Sequence record: SRR22947725_875
Direction: 5' to 3' (one strand)
Length of the DNA stretch: 50,425 nt
Shown: piece after piece, positions 1-9,721 of the stretch
How positions within the stretch are numbered: the stretch's first letter is position 1
How the letters are laid out: every line of letters begins with the position of its first letter
The notes under the pieces: generated by a model
Databases searched by the model: none
What the model was told of the DNA's origin: nothing
The model's input: the letters and a program-made list of their open reading frames with translations, nothing else
Translations under genes and position numbers: made by a program

Positions 1-1
1 T

Positions 2-322
2 GATGTTGCAATTGATCAAGGTGGATGTGTAGAAACAAGTAAGCCGACTACTCATGCAAATCCAACTTATGTTATTGATGACGTTGTACATTATTGCGTT
101 GCAAATATGCCAGGAGGTGTTCCTATGACTTCAACCTTGGCTTTAAATGCCGCGACTCTTCCTTTTGTTTTAAATCTAGCTCAAAATGGTTACCGTGATG
201 CTCTAAATAGTGATGCAAATTTCCTTGCAGGTTTAAATGTTTGCCAAGGAAATGTTACCTACAAGGCAGTTGCAGATGATTTGGATTATGAATTTGTTGA
301 TCCAAGTAAGGCAATAAACTAA
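2..322 (+). CDS. ald: Alanine dehydrogenase, 3' part (5'-truncated by window edge)
   Basis: Frame open from base 2: DVAIDQGGCVETSKPTTHANPTY...HYCVANMPGGVPMTSTLALNAATLPF, the AlaDH C-terminal motifs. Confidence 0.95.
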   Translation, partial: DVAIDQGGCVETSKPTTHANPTYVIDDVVHYCVANMPGGVPMTSTLALNAATLPFVLNLAQNGYRDALNSDANFLAGLNVCQGNVTYKAVADDLDYEFVDPSKAIN

Positions 323-332
323 TTGAATTTAT

Positions 333-1310
333 ATGGTTGACTCAAATGATGAGTTAATGATGGAAACAATGTATTGGTGGGGGATACCAACATTGTTTAG
401 ATGTGAACATAATAAAGATTTAGCTAAATGTGATATTGCTCTAGTAGGAGTACCTCATAGTACAGGAAATGGGACAACAGAAAGAGATCAACATTTAGGA
501 CCAAGGGCTGTTCGTCATGTTTCTGCAGGATTAAGAAGAGTTCATTTAGATTTTAATATTAATCCCTGGAAAAAGAAAAACATATTTGATTTGGGTGATG
601 TTGCTCTCCCTCATGCAAATAATAATGAAAAGTGTATTGAAGATATCACTAGTTTTTATTCTCAAATTGCTCGTGCTAATAAGCCTGTCGTATCAATTGG
701 AGGAGATCATTCAATTACAGGAGGTATTCTTCAAGGTCTTGGTTCTGAAAATCTTGAAATGACCAAAGGAAAAAAAATATCATTTTTACATATTGATGCA
801 CATACAGATACTTTTAGTCAACTTGATCATTTTATGGGAGCAAAAAAAAGTGCCGCTCACTGGGGAGCTTATCTTGTTGATCAAGGAATTATAGATCCTC
901 ATAATAGTATGCAAATTGGAATGCGCGGTAACCCTCGAACCTTGGATTGGCTACAGCCTAGTTATGATCTTGGATATAATGTTGTAACGATGGCAGAATT
1001 TAAAGAAAGAGGCATTAAAAAAGTGATAGATGAGACTCTTGAAAAAATTGGTGACAATCCTGTTTATATCACTTTTGATTTAGATTCATTAGATGCTTCA
1101 ATAGCTCCAGCAGTTTCAAATATTGAACCTGGTTTTACTGGCTTTACAATAGATGAAGCTAAAGAATTGATTCAATCAGTTAAAAATAAAAATGTAATTG
1201 GTGGTGATGTTGTTTGTTTAATGCCCACCAAAGATCAGAAGAATAATATTACTTCAATGGTAGCTGCATCTATTATGTTTGAGATTATTAGTGTAATTGC
1301 ATACAATTAA
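333..1310 (+). CDS. Divergent ureohydrolase (arginase/agmatinase family)
   Basis: Metal-ligand motifs GGDHS, DAHTD and FDLDSLD intact; substrate-loop motifs differ from canonical SpeB. Confidence 0.88.
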   Translation: MVDSNDELMMETMYWWGIPTLFRCEHNKDLAKCDIALVGVPHSTGNGTTERDQHLGPRAVRHVSAGLRRVHLDFNINPWKKKNIFDLGDVALPHANNNEKCIEDITSFYSQIARANKPVVSIGGDHSITGGILQGLGSENLEMTKGKKISFLHIDAHTDTFSQLDHFMGAKKSAAHWGAYLVDQGIIDPHNSMQIGMRGNPRTLDWLQPSYDLGYNVVTMAEFKERGIKKVIDETLEKIGDNPVYITFDLDSLDASIAPAVSNIEPGFTGFTIDEAKELIQSVKNKNVIGGDVVCLMPTKDQKNNITSMVAASIMFEIISVIAYN

Positions 1311-1835
1311 ATGTTTGCTTTTCAAAAAAATAAAAACTTATATTTAGCAATTGGTTCAACAACTGTGTTTATCTTGTACATAATTTTTTTCTTGCGAGAT
1401 ATTAGCAGCTGTTTTTTTCTTCAAGGTGAAAATAATTCACTGGGCTTATCTTTTTTTTATACGAAAGAAATGGTTCAAAATTTTTTTGAGATTAGAAATC
1501 AAGAACAACTTGCTTGTTACAGTGAGTTTTTAAAAATTTGGGATATTGTTTTTGCTGTTATTTATACCGTGATGTATGCATCATGGATTGCGTTATTATT
1601 GAAAAAAATAATTTTACTTATTGTCCCTGTTTTAGCTATGATTTGTGACTGGGCAGAAAATTATTCAGAAATACTGATGTTAGAGATGTATTTAAATTCA
1701 GACTTAATATCTGAAAGTTTGATCATGATAGGATCTGGAATTAATTCTGCAAAATGGATCTTTTTTTACTTAACCTATTTGATAATTTTAATGGGAATAA
1801 TTGTAAAAATTAAAAATTATTTTAAAAAAAATTAA
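1311..1835 (+). CDS. Hypothetical integral membrane protein
   Basis: About 4 hydrophobic segments, DWAEN motif; abuts both neighbours. Confidence 0.65.
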   Translation: MFAFQKNKNLYLAIGSTTVFILYIIFFLRDISSCFFLQGENNSLGLSFFYTKEMVQNFFEIRNQEQLACYSEFLKIWDIVFAVIYTVMYASWIALLLKKIILLIVPVLAMICDWAENYSEILMLEMYLNSDLISESLIMIGSGINSAKWIFFYLTYLIILMGIIVKIKNYFKKN

Positions 1836-1837
1836 GT

Positions 1838-2698
1838 ATGAAAAAGTATACCCAGCATCAAAAACCTGCAGATGGGGATGAGAGAAAATTAAATTCACCT
1901 GTTATTTGTTATCCAAATGATACTTTGAAAATTCCATATTGGGATAATTATCAGAAAGCAAGAGAAGAACTAACAAAAGTAGATGAGATTATAATTCCAC
2001 CAAGAGATGCAAAATGTTTTGAGGTAAAAGCAGGATATTTTTTTAGAATAGAGAGCACTGATGGACCGCAAGTTGGAGATCTTAATTTATTCAATGCTAA
2101 TAATTATAAAGAAAAATTTTATTCAGGTAAAACGCGCGCTCTACATGGAACACACTTATCCCTCAAAGATCAAATGTGGAGTTCTTTCCCTTATATGAGG
2201 CCGCTTGCTACTATTACATACGACTCTCTAGATTGGTACGGATTTGATAAAGATGGAGGTTCAGTTCACGACGTTATTGGTACAAGGTGTGATCCATATA
2301 CAAATAATTTAATTTCAAATAATCAATATCATTTCTGTTGTCACTCCAATCTCACAAGGGCTTTAGTTAATGAGAGAAATTTACAAAAAGAAGAAGCTGA
2401 AAATTTAGTTCATGATGTTCTTAATGTATTTATGTGTACAGGTTTTACTCTTGACACACATCAATATTTTATGAAGGCAAGCCCGGTTAGACCAGGAGAT
2501 TTTTTAGAATTTTTTGCTGAGGTAGATTTACTTGGTGTACTATCCGCTTGTCCTGGAGGAGACTGTAGTTCTGAGCATTCATCAGATACTGCGAAGTGTT
2601 ATCCCTTAAAAATATCAGTATTCAAAACAACATCTAAAGTTTTAGATAGTTGGACATCTCCTTTAGTATCAAATTATAATCAACTACACGGTTTATAA
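1838..2698 (+). CDS. DUF1989 / urea-carboxylase-associated family protein
   Basis: GPQVGDLNLFN, HDVIGTRCDPY, CCHSNL, LNVFM, PGDFLEFFAE, LSACPGGD motifs. Confidence 0.88.
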   Translation: MKKYTQHQKPADGDERKLNSPVICYPNDTLKIPYWDNYQKAREELTKVDEIIIPPRDAKCFEVKAGYFFRIESTDGPQVGDLNLFNANNYKEKFYSGKTRALHGTHLSLKDQMWSSFPYMRPLATITYDSLDWYGFDKDGGSVHDVIGTRCDPYTNNLISNNQYHFCCHSNLTRALVNERNLQKEEAENLVHDVLNVFMCTGFTLDTHQYFMKASPVRPGDFLEFFAEVDLLGVLSACPGGDCSSEHSSDTAKCYPLKISVFKTTSKVLDSWTSPLVSNYNQLHGL

Positions 2699-2701
2699 AA
2701 A

Positions 2702-3772
2702 TTAAATATAAACTCTTTTTACTCTTTTAGAAATAGATGTAAGTATTTCATCACATATTGTGTTACATTGATTTGCAATTTTATCAATTCCATTCGAATG
2801 ATTAATTATTTCCATATAGTCACCTACTTTTATTAATTTATTATTTTTTGAAATATCTACTGTTATTGAGTCCATTGATACGCGACCTATAATTTTAAAA
2901 GTTTTGTTTTTGAAATAAGCATTACCTTTATTGCTTAATACTCTGGAAATTCCATCGGCATAACCTATGCCTACAATTGCTACTTTTAATTTTTTATGAG
3001 TTTTATATGTTTGATTATATCCTACAAATTCATTTTTACTAATTTCCTTTATTTGAAGAATTTTTCCTTTTAAGCAAATAACTGGTTTTATAATTTGTTT
3101 CATTTTTGTATTAAAATGACCACCATATAAAGAAATTCCAGGTCTAACTAAATCATGGTGAAAATTATTCCCTAAAATTATTCCCATCGAATTGGAGAGA
3201 CTATTGTACTTAGCATTAATTTTAAGATTAATGGCGGATTTAAATTTATTATTTTGTAAAATATTATAATTATTTTTACCCTCATCTGCACTTGATAAAT
3301 GACTTAATAAAATGTGAATTTTATTATGGTTAGAATTTATTGTTAGTAAATCTTTTATGTCTAACCCAAGTCTATTAAGACCTGTATCTATATGAATCCC
3401 AAATTTTAATTTTTTGTATTGTTTTATTTTTTTGATTATAAAGTTATATTCATCTTTATCATTAATTATAGGTATAATATTAGTGTCATTAAAAATTGAT
3501 AATTCATTACTTTCTAATCCATTTAAGACATAGACATTAGCTAATAATTTTTTTTTTCTTATCTCTAATGCTTCTTCGGTAGTTGCAACAAAAAAATGTC
3601 TACACTTATTTTTATATAAAGTTTCAAATGTTTTGATCACTCCAATTCCGTATGCATCTGCTTTGATCGTTGCGGCACAAATAGATTGATTAGCTATTTT
3701 AGATAATTTTTTATAATTAAACGCAAGATTTTTTAAATTTACTTCAAGAATTGCATTATGTTTAATCACCAA
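2702..3772 (-). CDS. alr: Alanine racemase
   Basis: IKADAYGIG PLP-lysine motif, HIDTGLNRLG, VRPGISLYG, GYADG, GRVSMD. Confidence 0.95.
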   Translation of the reverse strand: MVIKHNAILEVNLKNLAFNYKKLSKIANQSICAATIKADAYGIGVIKTFETLYKNKCRHFFVATTEEALEIRKKKLLANVYVLNGLESNELSIFNDTNIIPIINDKDEYNFIIKKIKQYKKLKFGIHIDTGLNRLGLDIKDLLTINSNHNKIHILLSHLSSADEGKNNYNILQNNKFKSAINLKINAKYNSLSNSMGIILGNNFHHDLVRPGISLYGGHFNTKMKQIIKPVICLKGKILQIKEISKNEFVGYNQTYKTHKKLKVAIVGIGYADGISRVLSNKGNAYFKNKTFKIIGRVSMDSITVDISKNNKLIKVGDYMEIINHSNGIDKIANQCNTICDEILTSISKRVKRVYI

Positions 3773-3795
3773 ATAACACTAACAGATTTTAAAAA

Positions 3796-4848
3796 TTAAT
3801 TAAATTTTTTTACTGCTGAAGACATTACTTTTAACTTACTAATAGCAAGCTCCCTACTAAGGTGGCCAAGGCCACAATCTGGAGCAGCAATTAATTGTTC
3901 TTTAGCTATAAATTTTAAAGCTTCATTTATTCTGACTGTAATTTCTTCTTCAGACTCAATTTTAGAATTTGCAATTTTAATGAGTCCAAAGATTACTTTT
4001 GTTTTTGTATAATCTTTTAATAAACTTAGATCATTATGACGATGCGCATCCTCAATTGAAACGCTATCAATTATAGAGTCATCCAACGCTTTTGCAATTT
4101 TCTTATACGAATCTAAGGGTGCTTTTGGATAATTAATAGCATCTAACTTATCAGGATAGCCGCAACAAATATGTGTTATTCTCTCAACATTTTCTTGAGT
4201 TATTCCATCAAAACACTTTTCTAAATTTTTTATACCAAACGCAAGTGCATTATCTGGTTTTCTTGCAAATAATGGTTCATCCACTTGTATATATTTACAT
4301 CCTGCACTCACAAGTCTTTTTATTTCAACGTTAATAGCAACTGCTAAGTCATTACCCATTTCTTCATCAGAAGTGTAATGAGTATTAGCAATTGTATCAG
4401 TTATAGTCATGGGTCCGGGGATAGTAACTTTAACAGGTTTAGATGTTTGTGATTGATTTAGTTTCCATTCACTAACCAAAAACTCTTCTTTAGCCTTAAT
4501 TTTATTCGTTATAGTTGGAAGCCAACATTTGTAGTTGCCTGTTCTTGCAACTTTTTCCGTAAGAGTATCAAAATCAACACCCTCTAAATGACGACAATGG
4601 TAATGAATATAATTTTCTCTTCTAACTTCACCATCAGTTAAAATATCAATACCACATTCTTCTTGATCTTTAATTACCTCTTTTGCTGCTTTAAGAAAAA
4701 TTTCATCTGCCTCTGATCCCATCCGATTAATTTCTTCATTATAGAACTTAGTAGGATTAGCTGTATCAGTGCCGCCTGAAGCATTAAACCAATCTGTTAT
4801 TTTTAAAAAAGCGGGTTTAGGAAATGCTCCTATAACAGTCGTAAGCAT
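3796..4848 (-). CDS. Cobalamin-independent methionine synthase II family protein (single catalytic barrel)
   Basis: TTVIGAFPKP, TDGEVRR, PGPMT, IQVDEP, Zn ligands HIC..E..PDCGLG; only 350 aa. Confidence 0.85.
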   Translation of the reverse strand: MLTTVIGAFPKPAFLKITDWFNASGGTDTANPTKFYNEEINRMGSEADEIFLKAAKEVIKDQEECGIDILTDGEVRRENYIHYHCRHLEGVDFDTLTEKVARTGNYKCWLPTITNKIKAKEEFLVSEWKLNQSQTSKPVKVTIPGPMTITDTIANTHYTSDEEMGNDLAVAINVEIKRLVSAGCKYIQVDEPLFARKPDNALAFGIKNLEKCFDGITQENVERITHICCGYPDKLDAINYPKAPLDSYKKIAKALDDSIIDSVSIEDAHRHNDLSLLKDYTKTKVIFGLIKIANSKIESEEEITVRINEALKFIAKEQLIAAPDCGLGHLSRELAISKLKVMSSAVKKFN

Positions 4849-4851
4849 AAA

Positions 4852-6393
4852 TTAATTTATCATTTTTCTAGATTGTGGTCCATTAATTTTTGCAACACCA
4901 TCTTTTGAAACTTGTAAACTTGAAAGCTGTCTGTCTTGATGTCTAAGTCTATGGCTTAATAAATCACTCATCAATTTATTTTTAATTTCTTGATATTTTT
5001 TATCTTCTGCCAAATTCTTCATCTCTTGAGGATCATTTTCCAGATCAAATAATAATGCTGGCAAATTTGGAAAATGTACATATTTCCATTTTTTGGTTCG
5101 AATACAAACTAGGGAACATTCCTCCGGTGTCAGTATTTTTTCTTTAACAAATTGTGAATAGTGACTTTCACTAAAATCAAATTCAAAAACAACATGGGAT
5201 TTAATTGATTTCCTTTTTCCTTTTTTTGTATAATCAATTAAGGACTCTCCACTCCAATTAATAGGAATATCTAAATTGAACCAATCAAGAATCGTAGGAG
5301 CTAAATCAACTGACTCAGTAAAATCATCTATTTTATGATTTTTTTCATCTGGATTATGAATTATTAGAGGTATTCTATAGGCTGAATCCCACCATCCTAA
5401 TTTACCCCACATTCTATTCTCACCTAGTAATTCACCATGATCACTTGTAAAAATAATTAATGTATTTTTTTCTAAATTATTTTTTTCTAAACTTTTTAAA
5501 ATTCTACCAATATTATGGTCAACTTCAGCACACATTCCAAGGTATACAGCAATAATATTTTTTTTATCTTGATCTTTTAAATCTTTATAACGTATTTCTT
5601 TATATGTATCTTCATTAAGAAATTTTCTTGCCATTTCTTTTAAGAAAGGGTGCTGATTTAGTAGCTCTTCATAATTAAAGGTCTCTTTTGGTAATTCGAT
5701 GTCATTTGGATTTATAAGGCTATGCCAAGGTTCAGAAACAAACATGGGTGGGTGAGGTCTTAAGAAGGATATATGATAAAAAAAGGTAGAAGTAATATTT
5801 TCTAAATCTTTTATAACTTCATCTGCAAGAAAAGTTGTATCAGAATGTTCAGTTGGTATATCCCAAGCCTTAAAAACATACCCCTCCCCATCTTTTGGTT
5901 TTTCTCTTGTATATAAATCATGTGGATTTTTTACATCATAGCCTTTTGATTTTAAAAAATTAGCCCATAGAACTGGATTGCCCTCTGGAAGATGACAAAC
6001 AGGTTCAAATCCTTCCATAGGAGATTCATAAGTATATTTTTTTTTATCTTCATCTTTTAGAAAACGAGGATCCCAAGTTGTATCAGTATATCCATAAAGT
6101 TTTGGATCATAACCAATCCTTCTCACCTCCTTTGCAATATTAGTGAAACGTTTATCAAGAGGTGCACCATTTCTTATAGAACGATGTATAAAAGGATAAA
6201 GACCAGTCAGCATTGTTGCTCGTGCAGGACCACAAGGAACTATTCCTGTAAAATGTGATTTAAAAATCGTACTTTTTTTTGCTAGTGTATCTAAATTAGG
6301 AGTTATTGCATTTTTGTGTTTCATAAATCCAAAGCAATCCCAGCGCCACTGATCCGCACATAAAAATAAAACTGATTTATTCTGATTTTTCAT
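4852..6393 (-). CDS. Phosphonate monoester hydrolase / phosphodiesterase-like formylglycine enzyme (sulfatase superfamily)
   Basis: ADQWR, TPNLD, VPCGPARATMLTGLY, HR..RNGAPLD, GYDPKLYGYT.TT.DPR, RPHPP, SDHGE closely follow the PMH (PehA) sequence as recalled. Confidence 0.8.
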   Translation of the reverse strand: MKNQNKSVLFLCADQWRWDCFGFMKHKNAITPNLDTLAKKSTIFKSHFTGIVPCGPARATMLTGLYPFIHRSIRNGAPLDKRFTNIAKEVRRIGYDPKLYGYTDTTWDPRFLKDEDKKKYTYESPMEGFEPVCHLPEGNPVLWANFLKSKGYDVKNPHDLYTREKPKDGEGYVFKAWDIPTEHSDTTFLADEVIKDLENITSTFFYHISFLRPHPPMFVSEPWHSLINPNDIELPKETFNYEELLNQHPFLKEMARKFLNEDTYKEIRYKDLKDQDKKNIIAVYLGMCAEVDHNIGRILKSLEKNNLEKNTLIIFTSDHGELLGENRMWGKLGWWDSAYRIPLIIHNPDEKNHKIDDFTESVDLAPTILDWFNLDIPINWSGESLIDYTKKGKRKSIKSHVVFEFDFSESHYSQFVKEKILTPEECSLVCIRTKKWKYVHFPNLPALLFDLENDPQEMKNLAEDKKYQEIKNKLMSDLLSHRLRHQDRQLSSLQVSKDGVAKINGPQSRKMIN

Positions 6394-6551
6394 AAAATAT
6401 ATTAAAAACTACTAAATATGGTATTTTTGACAAAAAAAATACACAATAACTTTAAAAAAATTGAAATAAATGTGTCATATCATTTTGATAACAGATAGAA
6501 TTTGTTTATTAAAAATAGAAAGATTTTATTCTTAATTAAGGAGAAAATAAT

Positions 6552-8612
6552 ATGTTTAAAAAATTAATTTTAACGATTGTGTTTTCTGCTGTTTCAATTT
6601 CTTGGAGTAGTTATTCTTTTGCCGGTCCTTGTGCAGGTAATGGTTCAACGCAAAGTAATCCTAATGGTGTTGATGCAGGTACGTATACACAACAATATGA
6701 ACTAGCTGAGTTTGAAAGCTTAGCAGGTTGTACTATGCAATTTAAAGAAAACCCTAATATTGCAAGTATTAACGCTAGCATTCAAGGTAATAAAGCATTA
6801 CCTCCAGTTGCTGAGAGACTACCAGAAGAGCCACTAGTAATCAGACCTTATGACTCTATTGGAAAATATGGTGGTACAATTAAATTTTTATCAAATGCTA
6901 CTGAGGCTGGAACATCTGATATGTTGTCAACTCGTCACGTAAATCTATTAAGATTTGCTGATGACTTATCAACTATCGTTCCAAACGTAGCTAAAAGTTT
7001 TGAGTGGAATGATGATTTCACAACTTTGACATTTAAACTTAGAAAAGGACATAAGTGGTCAAATGGTGAACCGTTTACTGCTAGAGATGTAGAGTTTTGG
7101 TATGAAGATCTAATGATGAATACAAACATTAGAGAAAAACCTTATCCATATCTTTTAGTTGGTGGTGAGCCAATGACTGTTGATGTTATAGATGATGTAA
7201 CTGTTAGATTTAACTTACCATCTCCATTTCCAGGTTTAACAGCAACTATTGCATGGTCTTATAACCAATTTTTTATGCCCGCGCATTTCTTAGAGCAATT
7301 TCATCCTGAAATAGATTCTAACGCTGATGCAAATGCACAAGCTCTTGGTTTTGAAAATGGATGGGATGCTCTAGCAGCTTATTATGGTAACTCTGGTTGG
7401 ACGGATACTCCAACTCCAATGTTGAGAAACCCTGATCTTGTAGCTGGTTTAGAATATGCAGCATATCCTTCTTTAGAAGCTTATATGACTATTGAAGATA
7501 CTACTGAAGGTAGAATATACGCTGCTAATCCATATTTCCACCAAGTTGATACTGCTGGAAATCAATTACCATATATTGATTATCAAAATGAAAGATACAT
7601 CAATGAAAACGAAATTAGATTGTTAAAACTCGTTAATGGTGAAGTTGATTACAAATCTCAGTCAGTTCAGCTTGAATCTGCTCCTCAGTTACTAGATGGT
7701 GCTGATTCTGGAGAGTATAGTCTGCAAATTAACCCAGGTTGTGGTGCAGCACTATTTAGCTTTAACGTAACTCATCCAGACATGGAAAAACGTAAAGTGT
7801 ATGGAGATATTCGTTTCCGTCAAGCAATGTCAATTGCTCTTGATAGAAATGAAATCAATGATGTAGCTTATTACGGTATGGGTGTTGTAGAACAGTTTGT
7901 AGGTATTTCACCTGCACCTGATTTTGTTTCTGATGAAATTAAAATGCATATGACTCAATATGATCCAGATGGAGCTAACGCTTTACTTGATGAAGTTGGA
8001 TTAAAAGATATCGATGGTGATGGCTTTAGAGAACTTCCAAACGGAGAGCCTTTTGCAATGAACATCGATTATGCTACTCAAGGTATTGGTGGTGTTGAAG
8101 TTGAACTTGTTGCACGTATGTGGAATGATGTTGGGGTAAAAACCAACTTCAAAGAAGTTACTCCTGATGAATATCGTGGATCACAATCCTCTAATGCATT
8201 AGATGTTCATGCTTGGGATAAAGGTCAACCATTGGCTATTATTGCAGGTAACCCTGAAACATTTAAAGCACCATTTGGTAACTACTTCAACCATACTCAA
8301 GGTATGTTATGGGCAGCTTACATTGATAGTAATGGCACAGACGGTGTTGAGCCTCCTCAGTGGGTGTATGATTTAAGTGATGGGATTGATAAATTTCAAT
8401 CTTACGCTTTAGGTACAGCTGAGTCAAATGAGTGGGGTGAAAAAATTACAACGATGTTAACAGAACAAACTTTGTTAATTGGAACTGTAAAAGCACCATT
8501 CCCAACATATCATAGAAATGCTTTGAAAAACTTTACGCAATTCAAAACTACTTCTTATGAGTATTATAGAACTTATCCATATCTAGCTACACAATGGTGG
8601 TTGGACGAATAG
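6552..8612 (+). CDS. ABC transporter substrate-binding protein, family 5 (oligosaccharide/AgpA-like subgroup)
   Basis: Signal peptide; LPPVAERLPEEPLV..GKYGG, LRKGHKWSNGEPFTARDV, GNQLPYID, RFRQAMSIALDR; SD AAGGAG upstream. Confidence 0.9.
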   Translation: MFKKLILTIVFSAVSISWSSYSFAGPCAGNGSTQSNPNGVDAGTYTQQYELAEFESLAGCTMQFKENPNIASINASIQGNKALPPVAERLPEEPLVIRPYDSIGKYGGTIKFLSNATEAGTSDMLSTRHVNLLRFADDLSTIVPNVAKSFEWNDDFTTLTFKLRKGHKWSNGEPFTARDVEFWYEDLMMNTNIREKPYPYLLVGGEPMTVDVIDDVTVRFNLPSPFPGLTATIAWSYNQFFMPAHFLEQFHPEIDSNADANAQALGFENGWDALAAYYGNSGWTDTPTPMLRNPDLVAGLEYAAYPSLEAYMTIEDTTEGRIYAANPYFHQVDTAGNQLPYIDYQNERYINENEIRLLKLVNGEVDYKSQSVQLESAPQLLDGADSGEYSLQINPGCGAALFSFNVTHPDMEKRKVYGDIRFRQAMSIALDRNEINDVAYYGMGVVEQFVGISPAPDFVSDEIKMHMTQYDPDGANALLDEVGLKDIDGDGFRELPNGEPFAMNIDYATQGIGGVEVELVARMWNDVGVKTNFKEVTPDEYRGSQSSNALDVHAWDKGQPLAIIAGNPETFKAPFGNYFNHTQGMLWAAYIDSNGTDGVEPPQWVYDLSDGIDKFQSYALGTAESNEWGEKITTMLTEQTLLIGTVKAPFPTYHRNALKNFTQFKTTSYEYYRTYPYLATQWWLDE

Positions 8613-8632
8613 GTTAAATTATTAAATTTTAA

Positions 8633-8670
8633 AAAAGCGGCAATTTTTTTATTGCCGCTTTTCTTTTTTT
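8633..8670 (+). terminator. Intercistronic hairpin / intrinsic terminator after SBP gene
   Basis: AAAAGCGGCAAT-tttttt-ATTGCCGCTTTT perfect 12-bp stem followed by a T-rich tract. Confidence 0.8.
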
Positions 8671-8707
8671 AATTATTCTAAATAAGCAATTACGAAAAAT
8701 ACAAATT

Positions 8708-9721
8708 ATGATTAATTTTATTCAGTTCACTTTAACAAGAGCTTTTTTATCTATTATAACATTACTCATAGTTTGTTTTATTGTTTTTTCTTTAATGGAG
8801 TTAGTTCCAGGAACTTGTGCTGAGCGTTATCTTGCTTTTAAAAATACTCAAGGTTCACAAATAACGTTTGAAGACATTGCAGCTGAAGAAAAAAGATTAG
8901 GATTAGATAAACCCTTTTTATATCGGTACACCAAATGGGTATCAGATATAGTTATTAAACAAGATTTTGGAGATAGCTGTATTTTGCGAATTAGCATCAA
9001 CGAGCTTTTAAGTGGAAGATTTGTTTTATCTTTAACAATTGCTATAACAGCTTTATTATTTTCCTATGCTATCGCCATTCCTGTAGGAATTATTTCGGCC
9101 ACAACGAAGTACGCCTCTTTAGATAATGCTTTAAAGTTTATAAGCTATCTTGGTATTGCTTTACCTAATTTTTTAGTGGCACTTTGTATTATGTTATTTA
9201 TGACAGTGTACTATGGAGACACTATGACTGGATTATTTTCACAAGAATATGAAAATGCACCTTGGTCTTCTGCAAAGGTTCAAGATTTTTTAAGTAGAGC
9301 ATGGTTACCAATTTTTGTGTTGGGCTGGAATGCTACTGCATTTGCTCTTCAAACAGTACGTGCCTTAATGCTTGATGAAAATGACAAATTATATGTCATG
9401 GCAGCTCGTGCTAGAGGTGTTTCTGGAATGAGTTTACTATGGCGTTATCCTGCTAAACATTCACTTGGACCAGTAATTAATTCAATAGGTTTTGATTTAA
9501 ATAGAATTTTTAGTGCACTCCCTGTTGTTGCACTTATTTTAATTTTAACTGAGGCTGGAGCTTTGTTAATAGAAGCTTTAGCAAGGTCGAATGATCAGCA
9601 ATTAGCTGGAGCTATAATATTCTTGCTTACAGCTACAATTGTTTTTGTAAATTTTGTCACTGATATTATTTTAGCAATAATGGATCCTAGGATAAGAAAA
9701 GGAGTAATGGGTGGAGGTTAG
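8708..9721 (+). CDS. ABC transporter permease (OppB/DppB type)
   Basis: LGLDKP..RY..W, EAA-like loop YVMAARARGVS, C-terminal DPRIR. Confidence 0.92.
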   Translation: MINFIQFTLTRAFLSIITLLIVCFIVFSLMELVPGTCAERYLAFKNTQGSQITFEDIAAEEKRLGLDKPFLYRYTKWVSDIVIKQDFGDSCILRISINELLSGRFVLSLTIAITALLFSYAIAIPVGIISATTKYASLDNALKFISYLGIALPNFLVALCIMLFMTVYYGDTMTGLFSQEYENAPWSSAKVQDFLSRAWLPIFVLGWNATAFALQTVRALMLDENDKLYVMAARARGVSGMSLLWRYPAKHSLGPVINSIGFDLNRIFSALPVVALILILTEAGALLIEALARSNDQQLAGAIIFLLTATIVFVNFVTDIILAIMDPRIRKGVMGGG

